Source: Ylistrum balloti (Eukaryota). Taken from it: a DNA stretch of 64,000 nucleotides. The notes under the pieces are model-generated. The model was not told the origin of the DNA. It ran no database searches and saw nothing but the letters and a program-made list of their open reading frames with translations. The first letter of the stretch is position 1. Every line of letters starts with the position of its first letter. The stretch lies in contig NW_026782104.1 in assembly GCF_031769215.1 (NCBI RefSeq), positions 310,001-374,000 of the forward strand, in the 5' to 3' direction. The translations under genes were made by a program, and so were the position numbers. Positions 13,176 through 25,200 of this stretch are shown here, in pieces.

Positions 13176-13579
13176 TTCCGAAACTATACATGTACTTCTT
13201 TCAAAATTATCAGATATATGAAATTGCCACATTTACTTAATTATCGGGATATTGCACCTCCACATCTAGAATCTGACATTTGATTTTCACCAGTCGACTT
13301 CTAGGTGTAATATCTAGGCCATGAAGATCCATGACGAGTCCTATAAGGAGTCATATAAACAGATGTATGATGTAACATCACTGACAAGGGCCTAGAAGGA
13401 CGAAACAGCTGCATGATGCAAAATCCCTGACGATTCATGGAATCACGAAACAGATGTATGATGTTGCATCACTGACAAGGGCCTAGAAGGACGAAACAGC
13501 TGTATGATGCAGTTGTTTGGCTCTGCTGTATCTTCTTCATGTAAAATGCTGCTGTTTACTTGAGTGTCTTTTGTACAAT
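13176..13579 (+). mobile_element. Penelope-like element relic, copy B: ORF 3' end plus HHR array plus pLTR tail
   Basis: Open frame 13176-13283 reads FRNYTCTSFKIIRYMKLPHLLNYRDIAPPHLESDI*, loosely like the 'EA..I...KP.LN' end of PLE GIY-YIG endonucleases (recalled). It is followed by four HHR-like units and a 3' flank homologous to copies A and C. Confidence 0.7.
13325..13511 (+). ncRNA. Four abutting hammerhead ribozyme-like units (A-B-A'-B')
   Basis: Cores at 13331 (ATGACGAG), 13381 (CTGACAAG), 13427 (CTGACGA) and 13472 (CTGACAAG). GAAA at 13402, 13447 and 13493; unit 1 has only AAA after an insertion. Units 2 and 4 are near-identical with a 91-nt offset. Unit 4 has a perfect 7-bp stem I (TGCATCA/TGATGCA), the ACAGCTGT palindrome and a GUA triplet. 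Confidence 0.8.
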
Positions 13580-15103
13580 CTTCTACATCATATGAACGGC
13601 GGTTTCGTTGTTATAAACTTGTCTGAAGTGAATCTAGATTTGCATGTGGAATGTCGTTGGTGAAGCAAAAGACGCTTTCTATTCAGTAATACTTGGTTCT
13701 CATTCTCTGTGTAATGTTTCTATGGGTATCTATGTAAATCTTTCTTTTGTTATTCTTTGTCTTTTGTTCAAAATGGGCCCTCCTTATATAGAGTTTGCAA
13801 ACTAAGATTTTGTTAATGAGATAGGACATTAAATGATATATCTTACCATCTTATAATTTGTCCTTCTTACAAAGATAATGAGGATACTGTAACAATATCA
13901 AGTGGAATTTCTCGATAAAATGAATTCCAAATATAAACAGGCTAAACATTTCACGGTTTTCTCGTTTTTTGCAATATACATGTCAGGTGACTTACCCTTT
14001 TTATTGCATTTTGTTGTGATTTAAAATGGTGTGAGACATCCTATATATTAATGTGCAGCGGATGATTTTTCTAACATGAAATGCATTTTCTTATGGAAAA
14101 ACATGTAAACTGTGATAACACATCTTGAATAAATTTAAAGAGTCATTTATAATCCTGTCACTTCCGCTCATATTTATAGCTTATCATGTAAGGCGCTTAT
14201 AAATTCGAAAAAGCATATAATATGCAAACTGTAGGTTATTCCCTCAGAGGAAAATGTTGCTGATATAAATTTTCGTAATAATTAAGCGATGGAAAGTAAG
14301 TCGAGCGTTTTCAGTTACAATTTTGTAATTTTTGTTGACGCGCAAGCACATTTTCTTTCAAGCATATTGTATGATTCAGTCATTGTAATAACACCGATTT
14401 AACACCGAATTCAAGCCAATCTGACTTTTTGAATGATGGAACAGACATTAGTGTAGGAAAGAGATAGCGTGATACATGGTTACAGTTTAAGGGACATATT
14501 TAGAATATGACTTGACACGAAAGATGGAAATACCCGAAGGATTTCTGATTTGCAAACAAGTACCAGTCATAATTATTTAGTCATGTTCAGTATGAAAGAA
14601 AGACCCCGAATAACCCAGCAAAGAAAACATTCACCTGTAATAGTTTTAGTTGTAATCGGATTATGATAATTAATAATTAAGTATGTTGACGGCTTTGAAA
14701 ATAAAAAAATAAAAATAAAAACAGATTATGATATTCAATTTCCGTCAATTTAAACAATGTATTGAGAAAACAGGGTCAGTTTTGTTTGGGCAAGAATCAC
14801 AGTAATAGTTAAAGCTATGAGGATGGTGAGATGTATTTTAATGGTATTTTGTTGCGTAAATAAAACGTTTTTATACCTACGAAACATACTTGCCTTCTAT
14901 ATATATCAATGTTGTTATAGAAAAAACATTCTTAATGCAATGTAGTATTGAGTTATAATAGTGATCTTCATAATATTTTGTTTTTGATGGTCGTCAATAT
15001 GTAGGAGGACAAGCTTGCATGTCAACCTTGTCCTCCTTTGAGAACGTGACGTAGTTTTCTTGGTTGACAAATTTTTATATGGCAGGTACCCATGAATCAG
15101 ACG

Positions 15104-15357
15104 ACGCTTACTCTTCTGGAACACCTATTGTCTTACTCTTCTCTTACGCTTTCAGGGATCCCCGTGTGAATTTTTCTTTTGTTCATAATTTACTCTCCTT
15201 TTTATGAACAGTTAAGCTAGCTCTGTATACAGTAAAAGGACAATAAGAAATTACGTCAATATAAACATAAATCCATTCTCAAATACAATAAAACTAGTAC
15301 AAAATATGATCAAAAGAAAGATTTAGAGGGAGAGAGGCGTTCCGGAAGAGTAAACGT
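15104..15357. repeat. Inverted pair of a dispersed-repeat motif (23-bp arms, 3 mismatches, 208-bp spacer)
   Basis: ACGCTTACTCTTCTGGAACACCT (15104-15126) versus AGGCGTTCCGGAAGAGTAAACGT (15335-15357). The motif resembles the 'GCTTACYCTTCCGGAGCACCTG' 3'-end motif of common bivalve dispersed repeats (recalled). Confidence 0.6.
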
Positions 15358-15796
15358 CCCCAGGCATGTAAATGTTGGTCAATCCAAATAATTAATATCA
15401 CGTTCTCGAATGAGAATAAGATTTGCAACCAACAAGCATACTAACGAGCATCAAACAAGTACAGCTCCATATAAAATATCGCCTAATAAAATAACTACGA
15501 CTACTTAAAAAGTTTCATCTACATGCATCGTTTGAAAACTTATGTTACGAGTTTGTCCGTAAGTCGATACAAAGTTGATAAAGATACTAAGATTCATTCT
15601 ATATACAATCAGTTTCTTCACTTCACGTGCAATGTTAAAATAAAAAGATTTTCAATGCGATTTTGAAATGTTATGTAAATTCAATGACAAGAATTAGGTT
15701 GAAAGTTATTTAAGTTACAAAAATTACGATACGTTATTTCCAATTTATGATACTCCCTTTCTTCTTGGCCGTGATGAGTGTAAAGGATCTTAATTT

Positions 15797-15940
15797 TGGA
15801 GGGAACCTGCGGAGTACCTGGGAGGGGAGACCTACGTTGTCAGGCAAAGGACAATATATATATTCACTTCCGTTCCGAAGAGAATTTAAACCTTGACGTC
15901 TAAGTAAATGGCGGCTGTGTTAGCATTATGTTGCCCGACC
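15797..15940 (-). mobile_element. Degenerate tRNA-derived SINE with conserved central domain
   Basis: TGGAGGGAACCTGCGGAGTACCTGGGAG resembles the reverse complement of the 'CTCCGGGTACTCCGGTTTCCTCCA' core of V/Meta-type SINEs (recalled). GAATTTAAACC at 15882 is a reverse B-box-like motif at a plausible position. Confidence 0.45.
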
Positions 15941-18900
15941 TTCCATCTAGGTTGTGTCATTAACAACTGTAAAACTAACGAAATAGAACGATGATCAAAT
16001 GTTTGTTTAACTGCTGGCTATTCAATGCTGTGATTTTTTTCTTACCAAAATCTCATTTATTGTAATAACGTTTGTATTTACCATCAAGTATACATCACTG
16101 ATACGTATCGTTTCATTACCCTATCGGGTATAAATCCATGTGTCGACCAACAATGATACATTCGGTTGTGTGTTTTATTAACGCAGACACTTCCGTTGTT
16201 TGAATGACATTCAAGGTTACCCAATATCGTGTTAAAATGAAATGATTCATCTCATCAATAGTTGTTTTGTAATCACGGCGTCGTTTCAGAAGATTAACTT
16301 GAAATCAGAAAAGTATAAAATTTCTCAAATGTTTTAAGATTTACACATTATCAGCAGTCATAAAAGATTTTGAAGTTTTCCAGGTCAAGGTCTAAATTCT
16401 ACATTAAGTTGTACCAACTTTTAAAAAAATCCAAATATTCATGTCTAAAAAAATATCTAGAACATTGTATTACTAAGTAAAACATTTTGTCATGTTTATT
16501 AAGAAAGTAGAACTTTTAGCAAGCTTAACCATCATTTGTTTTACTCCTTTTCACGGGCCTTATTTTATTAGCATTTAAACCTCAAACAGTCGTTACGATA
16601 TATACAGTATGATAGATATCTGTGGAATGAAAATATATCAAATGTATAAGGAATATGACGTACATGCATTCATTGATACTGTATTCATTATCTAATGTAT
16701 ATAGTGGACAATAACATTCCGACTTACTCTCAGCCGAATTCATGTACATTGTAATCAACTACAATCGTTAAATGAATAAATCATATCATTGCTGATTGTT
16801 AAAAAGCATGAACAAGAAGCAAATTTAAGCATGTTAATGATTCAGATGTTTAAATGATATGGAAAATATCGTAACAAAGACATGCAAGATAATATCATCC
16901 TTTGATGCATATTGATAAATTAATGTAATAAAAATTATCTTTTCGTACTTTGCTATGTTGTATTTTGTGTAGGGTTTTATCTATTTTCAAATTTAGAAGT
17001 TCATATTAATACAATATTAATACACAATAATTTGCAACACTTCGTACCTACTTAATGAATTGTCACGATCATTTTATAGTCCCTATCCGTATGAAATATT
17101 TAGTTACAACTGGTCGTGTTGCCTCCTTATTTCATACATAACTGAGTATGAAATGACATGATATTAACATCAGATGAAATTGGCCTTCAATTTTTAATAA
17201 AAGTGTTTTCGAATTGGAATAAGTATGTATTATAAACTTTAATGTAATAATTTAGTAATGAAGTCGATTTCTATTTATTTCAAATAAATGCAAGCACGCG
17301 TGTAAGTTGGAGAGAGATAGCGGAACAATATTTCAATTAAGTGTTAAACTCGAATCCCGAACGTTTTATTTTTTCATCAGATTGCTGCAAGACTTTGCAC
17401 GAATGTGACATGTTTTCATCACATGATTTTTTTACTCTTGTGAAACGTTGTATCAGGCTGTAGTTTGCATGACTAGTCTGTGTGCGGTTAGGTATACATT
17501 TCCAGGACACAAGAACAGATGTACATTTAGAACTCCTGTCAAACCATTTATCAAACTATCTACAAGGTCTCCGTATTTGAATTTTTGAAATTTTCCATCT
17601 TCTCGGAATATGGGTCCAAAACACGGAACTCACAGTCTTACACCACCACTAGATTTTTACTATCATTTGATTTATTAAAACTTATAGGAAAGATGGTGCA
17701 ATATTTCCTATCAAAGCATATTCGTATACGTGTTTTCCAGCTAATATCTTATAAAAAGCATGATTATGATTGTTCCTATGTATTTGCAATTTCGTTTCCG
17801 AGTATGAAGGAGATCTTACAAAAGTTTTACTTCCTATGAGAGTTATTAAACGAATCATAGAATGTTTCATTTTATCGGGCCTCAGACGAGTAAAATTAAA
17901 CATTCGCTCGGAGTTTCATATCTTTCGTACGAAATAAATATATGATTAAGATTCTGTTTATCCCGTTGCTTAGGATATCTTTGCAAATATTCATGAAAAA
18001 ACATTTCATTAATCTGATAGAAAACCTAAATTTGCAATGTTTTCTCTCAGTATCTCTTTCTGTCTTGGCTCACAATGCATAAGACGCCATGAACCAAGGT
18101 CATGATAACAGACATAGTGATAACCAATCACAGTTTCATTAGGTCATATAACCCAAGTGTGACCTAAACAATTATGTAATGATGGATACTACAATGATAT
18201 CAGAATTATTATATAATTAAAACGTTTTGGATTGTTTTGTAAGAAATCATCTTTTTAAGTTCTTTCTTATTATTGGAAAATATATTTCCAATATCTGATA
18301 CAACAACGTATACGTTGAATCCTGCAAAATCAATTAAATAAAAAAACCCTGAAATATACACATAACAAAAAGTAAACCCTTCCTAACCAATACATATGGT
18401 TTTTGCTAGATTTTGCGCTTAAATATTTTGTTAAATTTGATTTAAAACATGTTGATGGTCAGATGCACTATATATAGTACAAACCATTATATGTTACACC
18501 TGGTTTCATTTCAACTAGCAACCAAGCCCCGTCTGAAGCCGACGTTGAGGTTGCATTTCTGTTGAATTGTTAAGTAAGATAAGGAAATTAGGGAAATAAT
18601 TGTTTTTGAATACTTGTGGCAGTAGTAGCTGCTGTTCAGACAAAAGGCATGACAATTTATTTTTCTTTCTTGCTTGTCGAAAATTCCTCTCTTATTTAAG
18701 CAATATCATGTCTAATCACACTAAAATTCTTATTACTGTTTACATTTGAATGAGAAGAAGTATCATTTGATATTTGGTTATATTGAGGTCATATACCTGT
18801 ATGCCTATAATCCATCGAATTGTTATATATGTTTGATTTTACGTACAATGACGCTACTATTTGAAAGTTACAAAACTTGAAAGAACAATAACGTTTATCA

Positions 18901-21900
18901 GAACAGATTTAATTGCTACCTAGGGCTATTGTGTTTTTTTCAAATTAATGTTCCATTCCTCGACTTGTCATTTTAAGGATGCATATTTTCGAAATGTCAA
19001 GGTTGTCCATTATTTTTTACGTACATTTAAGAACAGAACCTCGAGTTTATAAGACAGGTTTTCGGCCTAGTGAATATGTGTTATCGGATCTTCTCACGTT
19101 AGACGGGTAAAACTTCATGTTTAAAGTTCATTGGGAAAAATTTACAGTGCTTAATCGCGGTACGATCTACACGAAGTGATGATGTATACACTGATCACAG
19201 ATACACACAAGATTGATAGAGTTACATCGAGATAGTGTCGTAGCATCGCCCTTTAGTGTACTTAAAAACTTACCCTCAACCAACATAGAAAGTAACTGTA
19301 CTACCTTTAGATAAAGTCTATTAGCTAATAACACGCGAGAAAAACTACCTTTATCAGCTGATATTTCCGTTTATAAAATACTCTCGGAACTTAAATATGC
19401 GAAAGGTTTAGAAATGACATGAAGAAGGTACCATTTGTGATAATTTGTTTTACTTTTGATGTTTCTATCTTGTGTCTGATATATTTAATATTTCAAACTT
19501 TTGCCTAATGTTTAACAATATTTGCCATTTTTATTTGATTTTAGGACGATATTTCATCTGAAGTACCTGGATAAACTTCTTTAAAAGATTGCCAAGACAC
19601 ATCCCGCCTTTCCTTGTTGATATCAGTTCTCACCTTCCTCTCTCAAGCTTTTTCTTCGAGTGCAACGGTAGTGGTTTGGAAACGCGATCTTTGTATATCT
19701 ATTGTATACATTTCGCATAAATATCTGACAATAGGCCATGACAATTGTTAATTAGATTTATGATAACTTTTCCTTTCATTAATAAGATATCTATTGATCA
19801 GTTAAGATCTAGTCTTAATCCTGACTTACCGTTTATCATGATATAGTGCTAGAAGATTTTGAGAGCAAGATTTATCCACCAAAATCAAGTGTCATCGAAA
19901 ATGTATTCTACAAGAAAACCACGAAATTTGAGCCCCACAAAAATATATAACTTTACAGTATATCTATTTTTTATTTTTGTGTATATCCTGCCACAGAAAC
20001 GACGTATATCAGTTGAACCATGTTAGCTTGATGTGGTAGAAAATGATATCTATTTAAAACAATAACAAGATGTCTTAACAAAGGTTTGAAACTTTCAAGG
20101 ATCATCACTTGTGTGATATATACAAATGAAGTTTGTTTTTAATTGATAATTGATGTAGTGATAATGCACCAATATTCACCATTCATCAAGGTGGAATGAA
20201 ATACTGACAAATTCGGGTTCAATGTTTACCAATGAATATGTATGTCTTGAATTTATTTTCATTACAAAGTATTAACAACATAAAACTGCTAAATGGAAAT
20301 CGATTTGACACTATCGTGTAGAAAAGAGATTAATTATTTGTTGAAACCTCCTTCGGGTATATACTAATTTATGAAAACAAACCGATTAAGTCACATTATA
20401 ATATGTTTTATCAAATAATTTTTAAGCACGGTTGAATTATTTTCTCATGATTTGTCTGTTGTTTCCAATCGATATCTTTCACAGGTAAACTGTATGCACT
20501 TTTGTACAGGATGACGTGTTGTTTTTAGGTATTCTCCCCTCATGTATTGTAACTTGTGCTTTCTTAGTCATTCCGTGTTACTCGAGGCAGCAATAGAGCC
20601 GACCGCAGACTCCTAATGTCAACGCAACATTTATGCTACAGTCAAAAGTGATACAGGTAAGACTTGTATGAGGCCTAAACGTGATTGTTTTTACTCGAAG
20701 TACAAAGGAAACATGGGATTTAAAAGAACTTTTTAATAGGCCAGTGTAAGGTAAACCTTAGCATCAAATTGCTTTGTAAAGACTTTTCCCACGGTAATAA
20801 GTACAGTATTATATAGTGAAATCCTCAAGTATAGATTTCAAGTCCAAAGGAAGCCACGCAATATTGTACTAAATCCGGTCTTTCTGAAAGAGAAGAGAAA
20901 TATGAACAATAGTTAAGCAACGTACCATGTCTTACACCAATAGTAGCCCAATAGACATACACGCAATCTCGGTCAGCCAGGTGAAACAGACTTGTTAGGA
21001 AGCTTATATCAATAACGGTGACAGCATTCGATTTCTTTGAGGAATACATTTCAATAACTCATATAGATGCTACTGAAATGTATCGCTATTTGCAATGTAT
21101 TGTTTTTAATGATAACGAAAAAACTTTGGGATAAACTACACTACACGGGAGGAAAAACGCATAGTAAAAACGGCTATACACAAATCATTATACATGTATT
21201 TCAAAATATTCGATCGGAATCAATTATCGTTTTTACCTGCTGTGTAAGGGGTGAAAGAAGAACGTTTTGTTGGCCTGCGAGATTATGTGTTACATATGTT
21301 AAAAACGTTTTAAAAATAAGGTTTTCATAATGTTCGCAATATGCTGGACTTTATGTATATACTACACAACGGTTCTATAGCGGATGTCAACACATCCCAT
21401 GTGTAAACAGAAAGTAAAAATATGTTGTAAATCTCTTAATGATGATGAATGTACAGTATCGCCATCTCTAACCTGGTTTGATTTTCATCATCGTTATCAA
21501 CAATCATATAAAAATCAAACAATGAACAATACCCATTAAGTTCGTCTCTTAAAAATAAAACGTGGTCCTGACCAGCACGTGCCTGGATCGGTTATCAATT
21601 CACATCACGTGTCGTATTGATTCAAAAGAATATATAAATATATATTTATATTACACCTTTGAAAGGTCAGTCGCAATGTTTAATGTTAGAAATATCACAG
21701 CTGATCTCTGTTTCCATTTAATGTACTTTCATAGTCGTAAAATCATATCGCAACCTTGCGCACCATCGATGATGATTAGAAATTGAACGATACGATCAGG
21801 ATTGGGACAATCCCAATGTCACAAAGTCAACAGTAGATAGGAGAGTAATTACACAAAATCCAAACGTATTCCTTTCTCTCGGAATGAGATTAGAATGTAA

Positions 21901-21989
21901 TGACCCATTTACAGGACATTCCGGTGTTTTTCATGATATCTATAAGAGATTATTGTCACACAATCGAACGCTGTATAATGGATTGAAGT

Positions 21990-22200
21990 CGTATAAACTG
22001 TCACAGCACTGACACCTATATCACGCGGTTGTTGGTTCGAAACCGTCGCCGATATTGCCATAGGTTTTTCGCGTTATTAATACTGATGGTTATATAATCT
22101 ACAGCACTCTTCATCAAGCAGGAACACCCATCTAATGGACATTAAGCGATATGTGTCTGCAAATAATTGACCGAAATTATATATTGATTGGCTAAAAAAG
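21990..22200 (+). mobile_element. Degenerate tRNA-headed SINE-like fragment
   Basis: B-box-like GGTTCGAAACC near 22036 within an imperfect T-arm. No complete cloverleaf, so not called a tRNA. Boundaries approximate. Confidence 0.3.
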
Positions 22201-25200
22201 ATAATTAGTATTTTAAAATTTTATTAAATAGAATTAAAAAGGGAAATTTCGCTCCGTTTTATATCCTCGTTGCTTTGGTGTTTGTGACTATCCTTCACAG
22301 CTGTGTATAGCTATGCCTTGTTTTAAAATGTCTGGAAGTTCATCACTACGACTTGGTTCCTAATTCATACTGCGTTGCCAGTTGACCATAACATGCGTAA
22401 CTCTTGATAGTCACGTGGAAAGAAACATCATGTTTCGTTAAGATAATGTATTTTCTATATATTACTGCCATAGCATGTGTGTGATTTTCCCTTATATACC
22501 ATAATTTGAATCTTTAAAGACTTTTGATCATTTTCATATATTTTCTTTTGTTCCTCAATCATATTGTTTTCTAAGAATATTTACAACAAGCATGTTTACC
22601 GTATATTTATGTATCGAATTCTCGTGAATTGTGATTTGGATATAATATCTAAATCATGATTGAAATATGCAAACTATTTATAATTTGCTACACGATTAAA
22701 ACAGTAATTGGAATTCACATCGTCTTCTACATGCAACACTTATGCAATATGTGCCATACAAATGAGAACGACAAAATAGTAACCATATGTATCTCTTTTA
22801 CGCATGGCTGTACGTAAGCCCAGCTTCTCTAGGTAAATACCTCATATTTTTTCAGATACTCGAAGCGAGACTACAGATGAAGCTGATTGTACACACAGTA
22901 GCAGCAATTATCTTAGATAATCGGTGCTTTGGGTTATAATTTCTTTTATCACTTTTCCAATCTGCTTTCTCACCAACTCATATTTAAATAGATACAGTGC
23001 ACAAAATAAATCTTTCAATAACATTCCCCCAAAATTTGCAACTTAACGCGCTCTTAAAATTTTGATATTTTTGCATTTTCTATCGTTTATTGTTATTCGT
23101 TTATTTTTGAGCTTTAATGTTCTTTTCAATTCAAAGGACTAATATCAGGCTTCTGTGATTTGAAATAGCTCTTCCGGTGTTATACTGAAATTTAGCAATA
23201 ATTTGTCTAAAATTACCTTGAATACTTTTAGTTTTATGTGAAAATCTCTAATTTTTCACGTTAGCGATGAGAAAAGTATCTGAGAGAAAATCTACTTGTC
23301 GGATCAGAAAAAGAGATATATTTTCTCGTGTATATTTCCTTCTAACGGCAACGCTTTGAAGTGTTTTTGTTGCAGATTTTATGCATTTATAAGTACATAT
23401 TTGAACATTTTCAATATAACTCATAAAAACCCCCTGAATTATGTTTTTTATGTGGAAATATATTTTGCCACGTCATGAAGTGCTCACCGGAATTAAGTTG
23501 CGATTCATCAGCTGAAAGGCATGTTAGTCAATTTTTTTAATTGATTTTTTTAAATGTATGAGTAACATATTCGCATGTTGTAAATATTACATAAAGCAAT
23601 CATTTCAAATCTTGAAAAATATATTTGCTTTGTTAAAGTAGACTGTTAGACAAAAAAGAAAAAAATATTCCTAAAAATATAATAAATTCGACGAGAAAAA
23701 ACATTTTCCTGGTGAAATTTCATTTGTTTATATCAATAATCACTTACGTATGAGAAGGATGAAATACATAGAAAATGATAAGAATATTATCAGTTATTTT
23801 CAAATGAAATATGATAAACTAGAAACAACCACCAACATAGAACAAAAGAAATTTACACAACAATACCCAGCGTTAATTCATGATATCGTATACATGCACA
23901 ATGTGAGTATCGAATTAAAGTTCTTGTACATTAACGGTAAGATATAACGATACAGAAAATCACATCATGTAATGATATTGTTGTACTCCATCACCAAACT
24001 TACATTTGAAGTTTTCCTCTCTCACCCATGTAATGTAGTTACTGAATTGTTTTGTTTAGTGATTGTACTGATGTGTTGTCTCCTGAGAAATTTACTGGAA
24101 TTTAGCTGATTAGGATTACAGTTATTTGCGGCATTCCAGTTATTCGTATTTAATGGCAAAACGGAATAAAAAATATAAAAATAAAAAAAATGAAACGCTA
24201 TTAAGAACATAACGACATGCAGTTTTATTGGACGAGGTTAAGAATTGCTGGCATAATGCTTAGCTCGAGACGACGACATTGGGTGAAAATCCCGAATGGT
24301 TTATTTTGCATCGTGATATAGTGTAATGTAAGCAATCACTTAGAATATTCCATTGAAATTAGAATTTAGTAATAGGATCAGCGTCGTTGTAGGGTAAGCC
24401 GATCCGACACTCGGGGGCAGCTGATGAGGGGGGATCATATTCCTAGGTCTATCATCACACTCACCATGTTAATAAGATAGTATTGCAGTGATAAGTATTT
24501 CAAATAACAGTGAAAGACACCATTAACATTATCGGAAAATATGGATAAAGGGGTTGCGAGAAGCTGGTGTATAAATCAGCGGTTCTTGTATCTGGGAATA
24601 TCTAATCAGGTTCTCTCAGAAGAGGGCGGCCTGGACCTGGCTTCTGTTCAATCCGAGTTAATCAAATTATGCAAAGTTGAAATGTGCGATGCATAAAATT
24701 ATCAAACAAACACAGGTGTCGTGTTGCTGGTATTGTTGTCGCTTTCATTTACTGTGATAAAAGTGGTTACACGGAGTATCGGGAATATCTAGCTCTCCCC
24801 GTGCGTGTCGACTCAACCTAACTCCCATTTCATAAATGGAGGAGCGAGAGATACTCCGATAAACCTGTGTACTGTTATCATGTCAAGCAGTTAAAACGAT
24901 ATAACTTGTATCTCCGTCAAAAATATCAAAGTCGAGATTTGCCCGGCTTTGGCCGTCACACACGTACGCTACGTGTGTATTTATTGATAGACTTGGTAGT
25001 TTGTATCATTTAACTATACAAGTCTTCACTTCTATATGTAGCGTTCGTCAGGGGTGACATAAGCTGCGGAGGCTGATTCGGACAAGAAAGGCCGGGATTA
25101 CCTCCCTTGGCTTGCCTTCAGGAGGTGTGTAGACTTTACATTAATATGTTTGTTTTCTTTAGCTAGCTTCTACTTAGTGTGTAATCAGTTCTGACAGACA

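Noticed and set aside
19560-19680. Protein-like minus-strand peptide (LEEKA*ERKVRTDINKERRDVSWQSFKEVYPG)
   Set aside because: About 40 aa with an internal stop, no splice support and no recognisable family.
22000-22060. tRNA gene
   Set aside because: Only a B-box-like motif is present; acceptor, D and anticodon stems do not form. Kept as SINE-like.
24418-24450. CTGATGAG hammerhead core-like sequence (also at about 52711 and 63638)
   Set aside because: No stem II followed by GAAA with the correct geometry.
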